The position numbers and the translations under genes were made by a program. A stretch of 64,000 nt of DNA from Octopus sinensis (taxonomy: Eukaryota): positions 62,372,001 through 62,436,000 of the forward strand of contig NC_043001.1 in NCBI RefSeq assembly GCF_006345805.1, given 5' to 3'. This document shows positions 1-12,725 of the stretch, in pieces (position 1 is the stretch's first letter; every line of letters begins with the position of its first letter). The notes beneath the pieces were generated by a model that did not search any database, was not told the DNA's origin, and saw nothing but the letters and a program-made list of their open reading frames with translations.

Positions 1-59
1 AATTGATTGAATGCTATATTACTTGTAGAATTTCATATCACACAGTATGTATATGTAAT

Positions 60-870
60 CATCAACATTATCCCATCCTCTAACATATGTTTTCCATGCT
101 GGAAAGGGTTGGATGGTTTAGCCAGAGCTGGCGAGCTGCACCAAGTTCTAGTTTGATTTGACTTGGTTTCTACAGCTGGATGGTCATCATTACGCCAACC
201 ATATTACATTGTATGCTGGGTGCTTTTAATGTGGCATCGTAAGAATGCTTCAATGTGGCACTAGCAGTCAAATCCTCATCACCAAGGAGAATGGCTCAAA
301 CACTTATGCTGTGGAGGATAGGTCTTCTTGAGTACAGCAAGTATCTCAGTCCTTTGTCATCCCATGTAAGAGGTTCAGCATCTAGAGGTCATCCTTCAGT
401 ACTTCGTCCCATGTCTTCCTGGGTCTCCCTCTTCAATGTGTTCCATCCACTTTGAGAGACTGGTACTTTTTTATGGAGCTGTTGACATCCCATCTGCATC
501 ACATGACCAAATCAGCACAGTCTTCTCTTGCACACTGTATCTAATTCCTCTTATGCCTAACTTTTCTCTCAATACACCAGCATTCTATCGAACATGTACA
601 CTTACATTTCACATCCAGCAGAGCATACTAGCCTCATTCCTCTCTAGCCTTTGCATGTCTTCTGCATTCAGGGCCCACATCTCACCACCATATCCATATA
701 CAACATCATACAACCTTCCTTTTGCTCAGAGCAAGAAACTTTTGCTTGTCAACAAAGGTAAAAGGTCTCCAAATTTTCTCCATGCTATTCTGATTCTAGC
801 TATTACATTTCTGTACATCTTCTCCCACTACTAATTTGGTCTCCTAGGTAGCAGAAATTATTCACTACCT
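60..870 (-). mobile_element. RTE-clade LINE 3' fragment (RT C-terminus plus 3' tail)
   Basis: Minus strand reads RGRPRKTWDEVLKDDL around 380-430; the tail matches the reverse complement of 30890-31030; same family as 29100-31030. Confidence 0.75.
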
Positions 871-1099
871 CTAAATGAGCCTCCAAGGCATTCAAGAAAA
901 TCAATTTCCTGAGTATCTGTAGTGATCAATACTATTTTTTTTTTTTTTCACTTTAAGTAAATTCCCAGGTAAACGTTTCTAATAAAAAGGCAAAAGATAC
1001 CAGAAGTAAAAATAAGGAAAATACAAGCACAGTTAAATATAAAAGTGTGAAGTATAATTTGTTACATAATCTCTATAGTAAAAACGATATTGAATGAAA

Positions 1100-2900
1100 T
1101 AATTCCCCATTTGAATTTTTTAAATTACATATGTGTGTAGAAATCTACAGATGCACAAACGCACAAAACGGAGAAAATAAAACAAATATGGACTTGTCCC
1201 GAAACACCCCCGAGTGGGAAACAGTTCTCAAAATTAACCCCAATTGTTTTCCCCCAAAATTCTTGTCCTCGGTATATTTGTAGAGAATTTCAATATAAAA
1301 TATCCATTTTCTTGAAACTTAAAACGAAATGAAGTGGACTCCGGTGAATTTTCCGAAATTCCCTACCACCCCTCCTAAAACACTTTCCCCAAAACATTTT
1401 GTATATTCGGAATCTACACGATATAACATATTCGTAGACAATTTCATTAAAAAATATTCATTTTTCTGAAAGTTATGATCATCCAATCGGCGATGGGCAG
1501 AAATCTGTAATTATACTGGAAAAATTTAAGCGAAAATGTCATTATCACAAAGTTTAATAAATTATTGACGGCTTGGGCACTCTCGTCTCGTAAACTCATA
1601 GTACATTAACTAAAAAAAATTCTAGTGTTTTTTTTTATGGAATGTTTAGAATTGTAATAAAAATAACTGATATAAAAACAGAATATTCTAACTAAACATT
1701 AACTATAAACCTCAAATCTAATACGGTAAAAGAAAATTATAATGGTTTTACGATGAAGTTGAAGTAAAAATTCATCTTGACCAAAAGCATTCAGGTCTTG
1801 ACATGCATGCATTGAACAGCAGAACGCAAATTATGTAAAGCGAACAAGCTTAAACACCTAGAACATGTGGTAACATCTGTTTATTCAAAGAATCTTAAAT
1901 AACAAGCACAAAAGCAATAATTTAGTTACTAAGAAATTAAATTCTTAAACAGTCGTAATACAAATTAAATTAGTAAAAAAAAACTACTTACCGCTGCCAT
2001 TTTTGTATTTGCTGCGTCTTTCTATATTCTTTCCTTTGAAGTAAAAAGAGATATAAGCAAGGGAGGTAATTAATACACTCTTGGGCTTTATTAACTCTTA
2101 CAGTGAGAAACATTCCATTAACAAGCAAGCCAAAAAAATAAACACAGGAAGAAAGAGCAGATTTGCAGAATACACTGCCCATCAGAGAAGGTAAAAGACA
2201 GAAATTATGGAGTGGTTTGGGACAAACTATAAAAGCGATCATAATTAGGATATTGAATCTATGGAGTTCTGTTCAAAGCACACCATTTCACTGGTCGTAA
2301 TTTTTTCAGTTTTGGGTATTTTCAGAAAATGTTTCGAATTTGTATTCTACAAACTCTATCGTACAATTAAACTTAAAATTTGGTAAATTTTAGGAAGTAC
2401 ATCCACACGAGTTTCACCAAGAAAAGAAGAAGAAAAAAATGCGCCGGTGAACGGGGTAGTGGTGAGAGGACTGGGAACATTCCCGATGTGAATTTTCCAA
2501 GTCCTCTCTCTCCACTCCCCGTTCGTCAGCGCGCATTTTTTTTCTTCATATTCGTTTACTACACATTGTTTTACACATATTACACTATTAAAAAAAATTT
2601 TTTGACAAGATCTGAAACTAGAGTTTAACTGAAATTTGTGGGGGGAATTAATTCCGAAGAAGTGTGGGGAGTACTATCGGAAAATTCACACGATCCTCTT
2701 TTTCCCCCTCATAACTTTCAGGAAAATGGATATCTTTTACGGAAATTTTACAGAAACACCGGAGAGGACGTCGGAAAGTTCACATGATCCGTTTTTTTTA
2801 CCTCCTCATAACTTTCAGAATCTAGTTTAACGCCCGGTCACCAAAACGAGAAAGAAAAAAACAGTCTAATAAGTGTTTTAAAAAAAACAGATGTAGAAAA
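1100..2900. repeat. Foldback-like non-autonomous DNA element with inverted subterminal repeats
   Basis: 1290-1320 and 1440-1480 (ATATCCATTTTC(T/C)TGAAA(G/C)TT) are inverted copies of 2710-2750; 2205-2250 matches 14075-14125. Confidence 0.4.
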
Positions 2901-2941
2901 CGAATATGAAAACAAAAAATTACGCGAACTTTTGTAACGGG

Positions 2942-3479
2942 TGTGAGAGTTAGCACTTCCTTCTCTAAGCTTAGATTCGAAATCGAATCCAAGAATCATC
3001 GGTCGTCAAATACCAATGCATGTATAGGCGCGAAATTTAAAGATCCTTTGTTCTGTCAAAAAGTGATTGATCATCTCCCTTTGACCTGCGACCTCAGCCA
3101 TGTCAGGCGAAGTTCAACTGGACAAACGCTGACCTACTTAGTATGTCTATCTGTTGCAGTATGTCTATCTTTCTAGCTGTTTGAGATATTATAAATACAA
3201 GGGAAAAACAGTGAAAGACACACAATCGGAGCTGACACATCAGCAGACACCCCGCGTTTTGGAGACGACAGAGAAATGCCTACAGGCTACTGTTCTGAAT
3301 GATTCACGCACACACACCCACACACACAAACATATTCATCTTTAATATGTGTTCTATACAAGCAATGCGTAGCATTTGCTTACAGTTTTATGTAGTGTAC
3401 TTATAACCCATGTAAATAAATCCCTTTTTAATCATGAAACAGTTTATGTATTTATTAATACACACACACATCCACTACA
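2942..3479 (+). repeat. 5' LTR (TGT...CACTACA), 538 bp
   Basis: Direct repeat of 9323-9858; I count 4 substitutions and one 2-bp CA-repeat indel. TATAAATA near 3190 and AATAAA near 3415. Confidence 0.95.
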
Positions 3480-3481
3480 TT

Positions 3482-3492
3482 TGGTGACCCCG
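3482..3492 (+). promoter_or_regulatory. Primer binding site complementary to tRNA-Trp
   Basis: TGGTGACCCCG, 2 nt after the 5' LTR, complementary to the tRNA-Trp 3' end ...CGGGGUCACCA. Confidence 0.9.
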
Positions 3493-4090
3493 TCAAACGA
3501 ATTGCGCCTTCCCTGGAACCAGCTTCATCAACCGCGTCGAAGAATTACAGCTTGCACATCACCCGGCAACGAAACACCTGAGAATTCCGACGAACACAAT
3601 GGCCCTCCCGGAACAGAATCCAGCGGCCAACATCATACCTCCGATCGACATGGCATTCCAAGCGGCGATTTCTTTGAAAATTCCACCATTCTGGATCCAC
3701 GACCCTGCATTATGGTTTTACCATATAGAGGCACAGTTTTCCTCTCAGATTACTGAGCGATGCGTCTCGACTTTCGCATGTTATCGGTTCTCTGTCGCCA
3801 GAAATAACAAACGTTGTCCGTGATTTTATCATGGCACCACTCGGTTCTGTGTCGTACGACACTTTTAAAACCACGCTGATAAACAGAACCTCCGAATCGC
3901 AACAGAAACGACTTCACCAGCTTCTGATATCGGAAGAATTGGGTGACAAAATGCCGTCCCAGCTTCTTCGTAGAATGAAGCAGCTTCTCGGAGATGAGAG
4001 CCTCCCAGAAAAAAATTTCAAGCAGCTTTTTCTCCAGCGTCTGCCCTCCAATACCCAGGTTGTTCTCGCTTCTACCAGAGAAAATACATC

Positions 4091-5210
4091 TGTAGCAATA
4101 TCGTTCTCTCATTGCTATCTTCACTGTTTGAGAAGAGTATTAAGAATAATTTCATTCGAGATTATAGACATCTTCGGCTAGTTCAACATTGTTGTAAACA
4201 CTAATTCGATTGGCTGACACGTGGTCTCTACTACGTTCACACCGCTGGTTATCGCGTGACGCGATTTGCCTCCGCTTATTTTCGCGCCATAGTTCCAAGC
4301 AGCCAATCACAGCTTTCCATTTCTGAAGTTCATTGGGAGCCACATAAACCTTATAAAACAAGGGTTCTCAGACAAGTATTCGTCTTAGGTTTCAAGTCCT
4401 TCTCAGGGCGAACCTCTGACCACACAGAGCATACTCGACCAAGTTCCAGTTCGAAAGGCAGGCGACCACCATTAATACAAGATGTTACAGATACCTCTCA
4501 TACTGTTAGTGTGAAAATATCACCACGAAAAGAACGGTTACAGGATATCTATAACTAGAGAAAAATAACCAAGCAGAATATATAATGAAGACGCAGCGAA
4601 AACCAAGCGACAGACACAACTCATCGCCAAACATCGAAGATTTAATTTGTACACAAGACAACTACAGATTCAGCTATAGCGGTTAGGTGAAAATCTCACC
4701 ACGGAAAAAACGGCTACAGTTAACACATCTGGAAGTGTATTCATATCAAGAGAAAGATAAACACAACGAGTGATTCAATTAATCTCAACTACGAGACGCA
4801 ACCTCTTGATATGGAACTCTTACACGGTACCTCATAAACGGTAAATCAATTATCTGTTCTTGGGTTCTAGTTCTTCTAAGAAGCCATCTGTTACTACCTG
4901 TTGCCAGGCTGATACCAACAACATGAACTGTGAACTAAATTCCATCGTCATTTCACTGGTCAGTACCTTTTACGCCTCACGAACACACAGACACAAAAAC
5001 ATGCTAACACTTACAAACTTCCAACATCAAGCATGATTGTAAAATATGTAAAATAAATAATGTATATATCTCAAAAAGAAATCTTGTTGTCATTCCACTT
5101 ATGTGTTTTGCCGCTGCATGTAAAACTGGTCAGTAAAGACTCATTAAGAATGGGATCGCGTGCGACTGTGTCTCTTATACGATACGACCGAATGTGCTCC
5201 TATTTTTATA
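4091..5210 (+). mobile_element. Probable solo LTR of another family inserted in gag
   Basis: Starts TGTAGC, ends TTTATA, flanked by a CATC duplication; AGCCAATCA and TATAAAA motifs near 4300-4335; AATAAA near 5052. Confidence 0.7.
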
Positions 5211-5583
5211 CATCCATTGAAGAACTGGCGGAGCTAGCTGACAAAATAGCCGAAGTACCACACAAATATCCAACGGTATCGACGGTGACGCCAGCCGCTC
5301 CCAGTACCAATCCTTTCTGTGCACAAACCAGTTCTTCCGAGATTTCGGACTTGCGTGCATTAATGACACAGCAAGCTGCTCAAATACAGATCCTCACAAC
5401 CCGAATACAGGCCCTAAAGCTTAGTCCCCAGCATCGAAGCACCAGCCGATCGCGACGAGATGGCAGACGGTCCCGAAGCCCCAGTGTTACCCGCAACTCA
5501 CATGACACGTGTTGGTACCACCGAATATTCGGAACACGGGCACAAAAATGTACGGTACCGTGCTCGTTTTCCTCACCCAGTTC

Positions 5584-5629
5584 GGGAAACGGCACAGCCA
5601 GGAATTGGACGCGACGGAAGTTCCTGGCT
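5584..5629 (+). promoter_or_regulatory. Programmed -1 ribosomal frameshift signal (G GGA AAC plus stem-loop)
   Basis: Heptamer in gag phase at 5584-5590; AGCCAGGAA (5596-5604) pairs with TTCCTGGCT (5621-5629); pol lies in the -1 frame. Confidence 0.8.
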
Positions 5630-8600
5630 CGCACCCACACAGTCTCCTGTTTTTTGTTTGCGATCGGGTAACAGGCACGCGTTTCCTAGTTGACACCGGT
5701 GCGGAAGTCAGCATCATCCCTGTCTCCAACACTTCTGGAAAAAGAAAAGAGACATCAGCCTGTCTTCAGGCAGTCAACCATTCACCCATCCCAACCTACG
5801 GTGAACAATCCCTAACATTGAACTTAGGACTACGCCGCACATTTCAGTGGGTATTCGTCGTCGCTAAACTGCCGACCCCTATCTTAGGAGCCGATTTCCT
5901 GCATCATTTCGGTCTCCAGGTAGACATAAAGAACAGACGACTTGTCAACACCACCACCAAGCTTACTGTGCGCGGTATAGCCGCTCGTATGGCCACAGTC
6001 AGCCCAACTGTATTGCTTACAACAACAACTCGTCACAGTTCCATCCTGAAGGAATATCCGGACGTCGCTCGACTAGTATCCCACAACCAGCCGATCAAAC
6101 ACGACGTTACCCACCACATCAAAACCAGCGGTCCACCTGTTGCTGCAAAGCCCAGAAAGTTACCACCTGATCGTCTCCAGGCCGTCAAGCGGGAATTCCA
6201 GCACATGCTCGACCTCGGAATCATCCGCCCTTCCAGCAGCAACTGGTCCTCGCCGATACACTGCGTCCCAAAAAAATCATCGACCGATTGGCGGTTTGCG
6301 GCGATTATCGATCGCTGAATAAAAGCACTATCAGTGATGCCTATCCGGTGCCTTTTCTTCAAGACTTTTCGAGCTCGCTGCATGGAGCTCGCATCTTTTC
6401 CAAAATCGACCTGGTGCGAGCATACAACCAAATCCCAGTGGAACCTGCGGACATCTCAAAGACAGCAGTTACTACACCTTTCGGAATGTTTGAATTCCTG
6501 CATATGCCTTTCGGTTTACGCAACGCGGCACAGACATTCCAAAGGTTTATCGACATGGTGACTAGAGGTTTGCCTTTCGTCTATGCCTACATAGACGACA
6601 TACTCGTGGCCAGTAACTCGGACGAAGAACATAACCAACACCTTCACCTGCTATTCGAACGCCTTCGTCAATTTGGTGTTGTTATCAACCCTACTAAATG
6701 TTTGTTCGGAGTTGCTTCCCTTCATTTTCTCGGTCACATCGTCGATAAGAATGGAATTCGTCCCCTTCCCGAGAAAGTCAAGGCCATCGTGGATTTTCCA
6801 CCACCCACATCTCTCCGCAAATTAAGGGAATATCTCGGTCTAGCGAATTTCTATCGACGGTTCGTACCCCACCTCGCTGAGATAGCGCAACTGCTCACGG
6901 ATTTGCTACGTCAGCGAACTTGCAAAAATGCAGATATAGCTCTGACCGAAGATCAACTCGCTTCTTTCGCTGCCCTGAAAAAAGCGTTATCCAACGCTAC
7001 CATATTGGTTTATCCAAAACCAGACGCCCCACGATGTTTACTCGTTGATGCATCCGATTCCGGAGTTGGAGGTGTACTACAGCAGCTTGTTGACGGTATA
7101 TGGCAACCGTTGTCTTTCTTTTCTAAGCGATTAAAACCCGCGGAAACCAAATACAGCACATTCAGTCAGGAATTATTAGCGGCATACCTGGCCGTTAAGC
7201 ATTTCCGTCACATGCTAGAAGGTACCAATTTTGCCATATACACCGACCACAAGCTATTAGTATATGCATTTAACACCAAGCCGGATCGCCACTCGCCGAG
7301 AGAAATCCGCCACCTCGACTTCATATCGCAGTACACGACGGATATACGCCACATCAAAGGGACGACCAACTTAGCAGCCAATGCACTTTCACGCGCGCAG
7401 ATCAATGCTATCCACACCACGTCTACAATTGATCTGGCACGTATAGCAGCTGACCAGGAGAATGACGAAGAACTTCTAAAGTTCCGGAATTCGTCATCTC
7501 TGAAATTTCAGCATGTTCCGCTACCATCATCCACATCCCATATTTGGTGTGATATCTCCATTGGTTACCAACGCCCTTATATACCACAGAAATATCGCCG
7601 AGAAGTTTTCTCCGCTCTGCATTCTCTGTCACATCCTGGTATTCGCTCCACTCAAAAGCTGATATCGACCCGTTTTGTGTGGACCAGTATCAACAAGGAT
7701 ATCAGAGAATGGACCAAGTGTTGTGTTGCGTGCCAAAAAGCGAAAATCCACCGGCACATAAAATCACCAATCGGTTCATTTTCGCAACCCGACGCACGAT
7801 TTCAGCACGTTCACATTGATATCATCGGACCCCTGCCACCTTCGCAGAACTATACACATTTGCTTACCTGCGTAGATCGTTTTTCGCGATGGCCCGAAGC
7901 CTGGCCCTTATCTAATACATCACCAGAAACGGTCGCCAAAACGCTGATATCACAATGGGTTTCGCGTTTTGGCACACCCGCAACAATCACCACCGACAGA
8001 GGACGTCAGTTCGATTCCCACCTTTTCACCGAGCTGACTCGTCTCCTCGGGTGTAAACACATCCGCACTACGGCTTACCACCCTGCAGCAAATGGCATGG
8101 TCGAACGCTTTCACCGCCAACTCAAGGCATCTATCAAAGCAGCTCCAGACAGTTCTCACTGGTTGGAACATCTCCCTCTCATCCTCCTTGGAATTCGATC
8201 CACGGTTAAGGAAGAACTGGGATATACTCCGGCCGAACTCGTTTATGGCACAGCACTCACCTTACCTGGGCAGATGATCGAACCTGTTTCACAAGACTTT
8301 CCTGACCCACAACAATATGTGCACCGATTACGGACATCCACGTCGCAGTTATCACCTTCAGGCCCCAGACAACAGAACGTCGTTTCACGAGTCCCAAAAG
8401 ATATCAACACTTGGACTCATGTTTTCATGAGGAATGATGGGATACCATCTCAACTTCGACCACCATATTCCGGGCCCTACATGGTAATCAAAAGAGAACC
8501 CAAGTATTTCGTCCTCGATATTGGAGGCAAATGAAATACAGTCTCGATTGATCGTTTAAAAAAAAGCTTTCATCGAGGATGACTTACATTCAGTTCCCTC

Positions 8601-8720
8601 CTTTCCTCGAACAGACTCAACAACTCCAGCAAACACCACAGATTCTGCACAACCCCGACACACCAAATCAGGAAGAACAGTTCGATGGCCAGCAAGGTTT
8701 GTGCAAGTTTTTCGGGTAAG
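5584..8720 (+). pseudogene. pol polyprotein PR-RT-RNaseH-IN (1-nt deletion near 6292, TGA at 8532, frameshift in A-run near 8560)
   Basis: FLVDTGA protease; YIDD RT; DAS/TDHK RNase H; HHCC zinc finger; DIIG/TDRG/VERFH DDE core; PYSGPY motif; tail TKSGRTVRWPARF. Confidence 0.95.
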
Positions 8721-9322
8721 TTCCGAACTCTTAACTTATCCATCTTCCTAAATGAAATGCATACATCAACACATAACCCACATACAAACCCAGAGAAATC
8801 AAAGAACATTCGTGTACATAAAGAAAAAAAATGAAAACAAAAACGTTGTTCCACATCAACGAAAAACTGTCTGTATGAACATTTACGGAACATTTCACAA
8901 TCGAACTTTGCCGATGAACATTTCTTTCATTTTTGCATGTACATATTTTTTGTTTTCTCTTTAAAATGTTTTGCTTTCTTGTAAATATATTTTTGCTAAC
9001 TGTATGTTCACACACATTTACAAGTCATATTCTCATGTGTGCTACCACTCGATCTTTTTCGCCACTGAAAGACACCTTGCCTCTATTAGACCTCTAGTGG
9101 GTCGAGTAATCAATAGACGCACATCTCTTTCAACGCGCCAACATATTTCTGCCTGGGCACATATACATATTGCCCACCATATAGCACATACAAACAGTAA
9201 ACCTTTGATTCATATTTTTATTGTTCATTTGTCTGTTACAATGTGTAAATTTTTTCTGCATACACACAAAAAATAACATTTCCAATATCGTTCGATCTCT
9301 GTGGCTTTCTCACATATTGTAG

Positions 9323-9858
9323 TGTAAGAGTTAGCACTTCCTTCTCTAAGCTTAGATTCGAAATCGAATCCAAGAATCATCGGTCGTCAAATACCAATGC
9401 ATGTATAGGCGCGAAATTTAAAGATCCTTTGTTCTGTCAAAAATTGATTGATCATCTCCCTTTGACCTGCGACCTCAGCCATGTCAGGCGAAGTTCAACT
9501 GGACAAACGCTGACCTACTTAGTATGTCTATCTGTTGCAGTATGTCTATCTTTCTAGCTGTTTGAGATATTATAAATACAAGGGAAAAACAGTGAAAGAC
9601 ACACAATCGGAGCTGACACATCAGCAGACACCCTGCGTTTTGGAGACGACAGAGAAATGCCTACAGGCTACTGTTCTGAATGATTCACGCACACACACCC
9701 ACACATACAAACATATTCATCTTTAATATGTGTTCTATACAAGCAATGCGTAGCATTTGCTTACAGTTTTATGTAGTGTACTTATAACCCATGTAAATAA
9801 ATCCCTTTTTAATCATGAAACAGTTTATGTATTTATTAATACACACACATCCACTACA
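9323..9858 (+). repeat. 3' LTR, 536 bp
   Basis: About 99% identical to 2942-3479; followed by the TSD CGGG. Confidence 0.95.
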
Positions 9859-9929
9859 CGGGTATTGTTGCAGATGTGCAAGATGAAAGAAGAACTACTC
9901 GAAGTTGTAAAGAAATCTTTTACCTATTT

Positions 9930-10158
9930 CTTTACTACCCACAAGGGGCTAAACACAGAAGGGACAAATAAGGACAGACAAACGGATCAAGTTGATTATA
10001 TCGACCCCAGTGCGTAACTGGTACTTTATTTACCGAATCCGAAAGGATGAAAGGCAAAGTCGACCTCGGCGGAATTTGAACCCAGAACGTAACGGCAGAC
10101 GAAATACGGCTACCCATTTCGCCCGGCGTGCCAACGTTTCTGCCAGCTCGCCGCTTCC
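9930..10158 (-). mobile_element. tRNA-derived SINE
   Basis: Minus strand has A-box-like TGGCAGAAACGTTGG and B-box GGTTCAAATTCC; related copies at 40590-40850 and 49190-49320. Confidence 0.8.
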
Positions 10159-10192
10159 TCATAAGAAATATTTTACCACTACACATACATGT

Positions 10193-11243
10193 CCTTGATG
10201 AGATCTCCAGTAGTTGATTTCAGAGGGGCTGACTTGGTTGCGGATGGACCGAGGGCCTTCTTCAGACCGGCATACATCCCACGGGTGTCGCCACTGTCAG
10301 CAGCTGACTGGATACTCTGACAGATTTCCTGCCAATACCTACTTGCACAGCGTCTGGCAGTCAGTTGGGTTTTATTTCTTGCCATTCTGATTTCTTCGAG
10401 TGACTTTGTAGAAGAATCACTCTTGTATTGCATCAGAGCTGCACGCTTTGCTTCGATAACTGGTTCCAGCTCTGAGAGCCCAGCACTGAACCAATCTGGG
10501 TTTTGCCTTTCTCTCATGCCGAAAGTATCTATTGATGTGGTATACAAAGCTTCCCTGATATAATTCCACCTAGCAGAGGAGGTTGGGCAGCTACTGAGGG
10601 CAACCTTGATAGAAGCAGCAAAACATTTTCGCAGTGTAGGATCTGAGGTTTTGGCAGTGTTAATGCGTGGTCGGCCCATTTTCTTGGAGTGATGGACTTT
10701 TTTAGGCAGAATCCTCACCCTACTTCTAATTAGTGAGTGATCTGTGTCACAATCCGCGCTGTGGTAACTACGGGTCAGTTGAACGGAATTCAGAAAGGAT
10801 CTTCGTGTAATGATGAGATCCAGATGATGCCAGTAGTGAGATCTTGGATGTCTCCAAGATGCCTTGTGGGATGGCTTGTTGGCAAAGAATGTGTTGGTGA
10901 TGCACAGGTTATGGTATGTGCAAAATTCAAGTTGTCTCTGACCATTGTCATTCATGTTGCCAATACCAAAGTGTCCAACACAAATGGGCCATAGATCATG
11001 GTCAGATCCCACGTGAGCGTTAAAATTTTCTAGAAGGTAGATGTTTTCATTGGTTGGTATATTTTTAATGACAAAGTTGAGATCTTTGTAGAACTGGTCC
11101 TTGGTCTCCTCTGAGCTGTAGTGAGTGGGAGCATAGATGCTCAGTAGATGTACTGAACCAGAAGAAGTCGAGAGGCGCAGTGAGTGGATACGCTCAGTGC
11201 CTCCTGATGGTGGTTCTATTGAGGAATGTAATGAGTTTCTCAC
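10193..11243 (-). pseudogene. AP-endonuclease C-terminal half and linker of the RTE ORF (inverted segment)
   Basis: IYAPT, ENFNAHVG, NDNGQRQLEFC, NTFF, WRHPRS, LDLII, DCDTDH motifs in ORF 10179-11243. Confidence 0.9.
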
Positions 11244-11244
11244 T

Positions 11245-12725
11245 AGACCTTCGTTCGCGTTATCCTGTCCAGGCTACAACTGCTTGCTTCTCAAATTTAT
11301 CCGGAATCGCAGTGTGGCTTTAGAAGAAGCAGATCAACTATTGACATGATATTTTCCATATGCCAACTTCAGGAGAAGTCCAGAGAGCAGAAATTACCAT
11401 TATATATGGCCTTCATTGATCTGACAAAGGCCTTTGACTTGGTAAGTAGAAAAGGCCTCTTCATCCTGCTCCAAAAAATCGGATGATCACCAAAGCTGCT
11501 GAGGATCATCAAATCTTTCCATGATGATAAGCAAGGCACCATACAGCACAATGGTTCAACATCAGCCGCCTTCCAAATAAAAAACGGGATAAAGCAAGGT
11601 TGTGTCCTTACTCCTACATTATTTGGCATCTTCTTCTCGCTGCTGCTCTCACATGCCTTTGAGACATCAGATGATGGAGTGTTTCTGCACAGTAGATGTG
11701 ACGGGAAACTGTTCAATCTCTCGCGCCTGCGTGCCAAGACCAAAATCAGAAGCGTCCTGATCAAGGAGATGCTATTTGCTGATGATGGCCGCTCTGGTAT
11801 CATACACAGAAGAAGCCCTCCAAAGGCTCATCAACTGTTTTGAGCAAGCATGTAACGACTTTGGCTTAGTTATCAGCCTCAAGAAGACCAACATCATGGG
11901 TCAGGCAACATCGGACATCCCAAACATACATATTGGAAACCACAGATTACAGGAGGTGGAGAAGTTTACCTACCGTCACCTACAACCTATCCCTTGATGC
12001 TGAGCTCAATATACGCATTGGCAAGGCAGCTGCTGTGATGGCCCAACTCTCCAAATCGGCATGGGACAACAATAACCAAGATCACCAAGATCTAACCAAG
12101 ATCACAAAAATGAAGATCTACCAGGCATGTGTACTTAGCACTCTACTGTATGGAAGTGAGACTTGAACGCCATACACGCGTCAAGAGCGTCGCCTAAACA
12201 TCTTTCACCTGCGCTGCCTCCGGAAAATCCTTCGCATCAAATGGCAGAATCATGTTCCCACCAAAGATGTCCTCAAGCAAGCAGAAATCCCAAGCATGTT
12301 TGCACTCCTCACACAAAGACGTATGAGATTGCTTGGACATGTTAGCCGTATGGAAGATGGCAGAATCCCCAAGGACATACTCTACAGAGAGCTTGCTCGG
12401 GGCACTAGGTCTGTGGGAAGACCGTTCTTACGATACAAGGATGTTTGCAAAAGGGACATGAAGGCCTGCAACATCAATATTAGCAACTAGGAAGCAGTTG
12501 CCAGCAACTGTGGAGATTGGCGACGTACCGTAAAAGAGGGAACACAAAGGAGTGACAGAGAGAGAGAGAGGAGAAATGGAAAGACAAGAAAAGATGTCAA
12601 CAAGAAACTATGACATTACAACCAGCCAGGAAAAGTCTTCGCTACATTTGCGGCACCTACCAGAGGGAGTGCTTGTTCAGGATAGGACTACACAGCCACA
12701 GCAGGAAATGTATTAGGACATGAAA
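11245..12725 (+). pseudogene. RTE reverse transcriptase and C-terminal Cys/His motif (degenerate)
   Basis: ESQCGFRRSRSTIDMIF, FIDLTKAFD, KQGCVL, LFADD, LLYGSET, RIGLHSHSRKC. Confidence 0.9.

Larger units (their letters stand above)
3599..5671 (+). pseudogene. gag (frameshift near 3740-3756; interrupted by solo LTR at 4091-5210)
   Basis: LKIPPFW..DPALWF..IEAQF, then EELGDKMPSQLLRRM; after removing the insert the frame continues TSIEELAELADKI...CWYHRIFGTRAQKCTVPC. Confidence 0.9.
2942..9858 (+). mobile_element. Ty3/Gypsy LTR retrotransposon, CsRn1 lineage, young but disabled
   Basis: Paired LTRs, 4-bp TSD CGGG (2938-2941 and 9859-9862), tRNA-Trp PBS, gag with C-X2-H-X9-C-X3-C motif, pol order PR-RT-RH-IN. 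Confidence 0.95.

Noticed and set aside
2933-2941. Alternative 5' LTR start at TGTA (2933)
   Set aside because: Gives no TSD; a start at 2942 gives a matching CGGG duplication.
8570-9300. env-like third ORF in the Gypsy element
   Set aside because: Only short ORFs on both strands with no signal peptide or transmembrane pattern; the first part is the frameshifted integrase tail.
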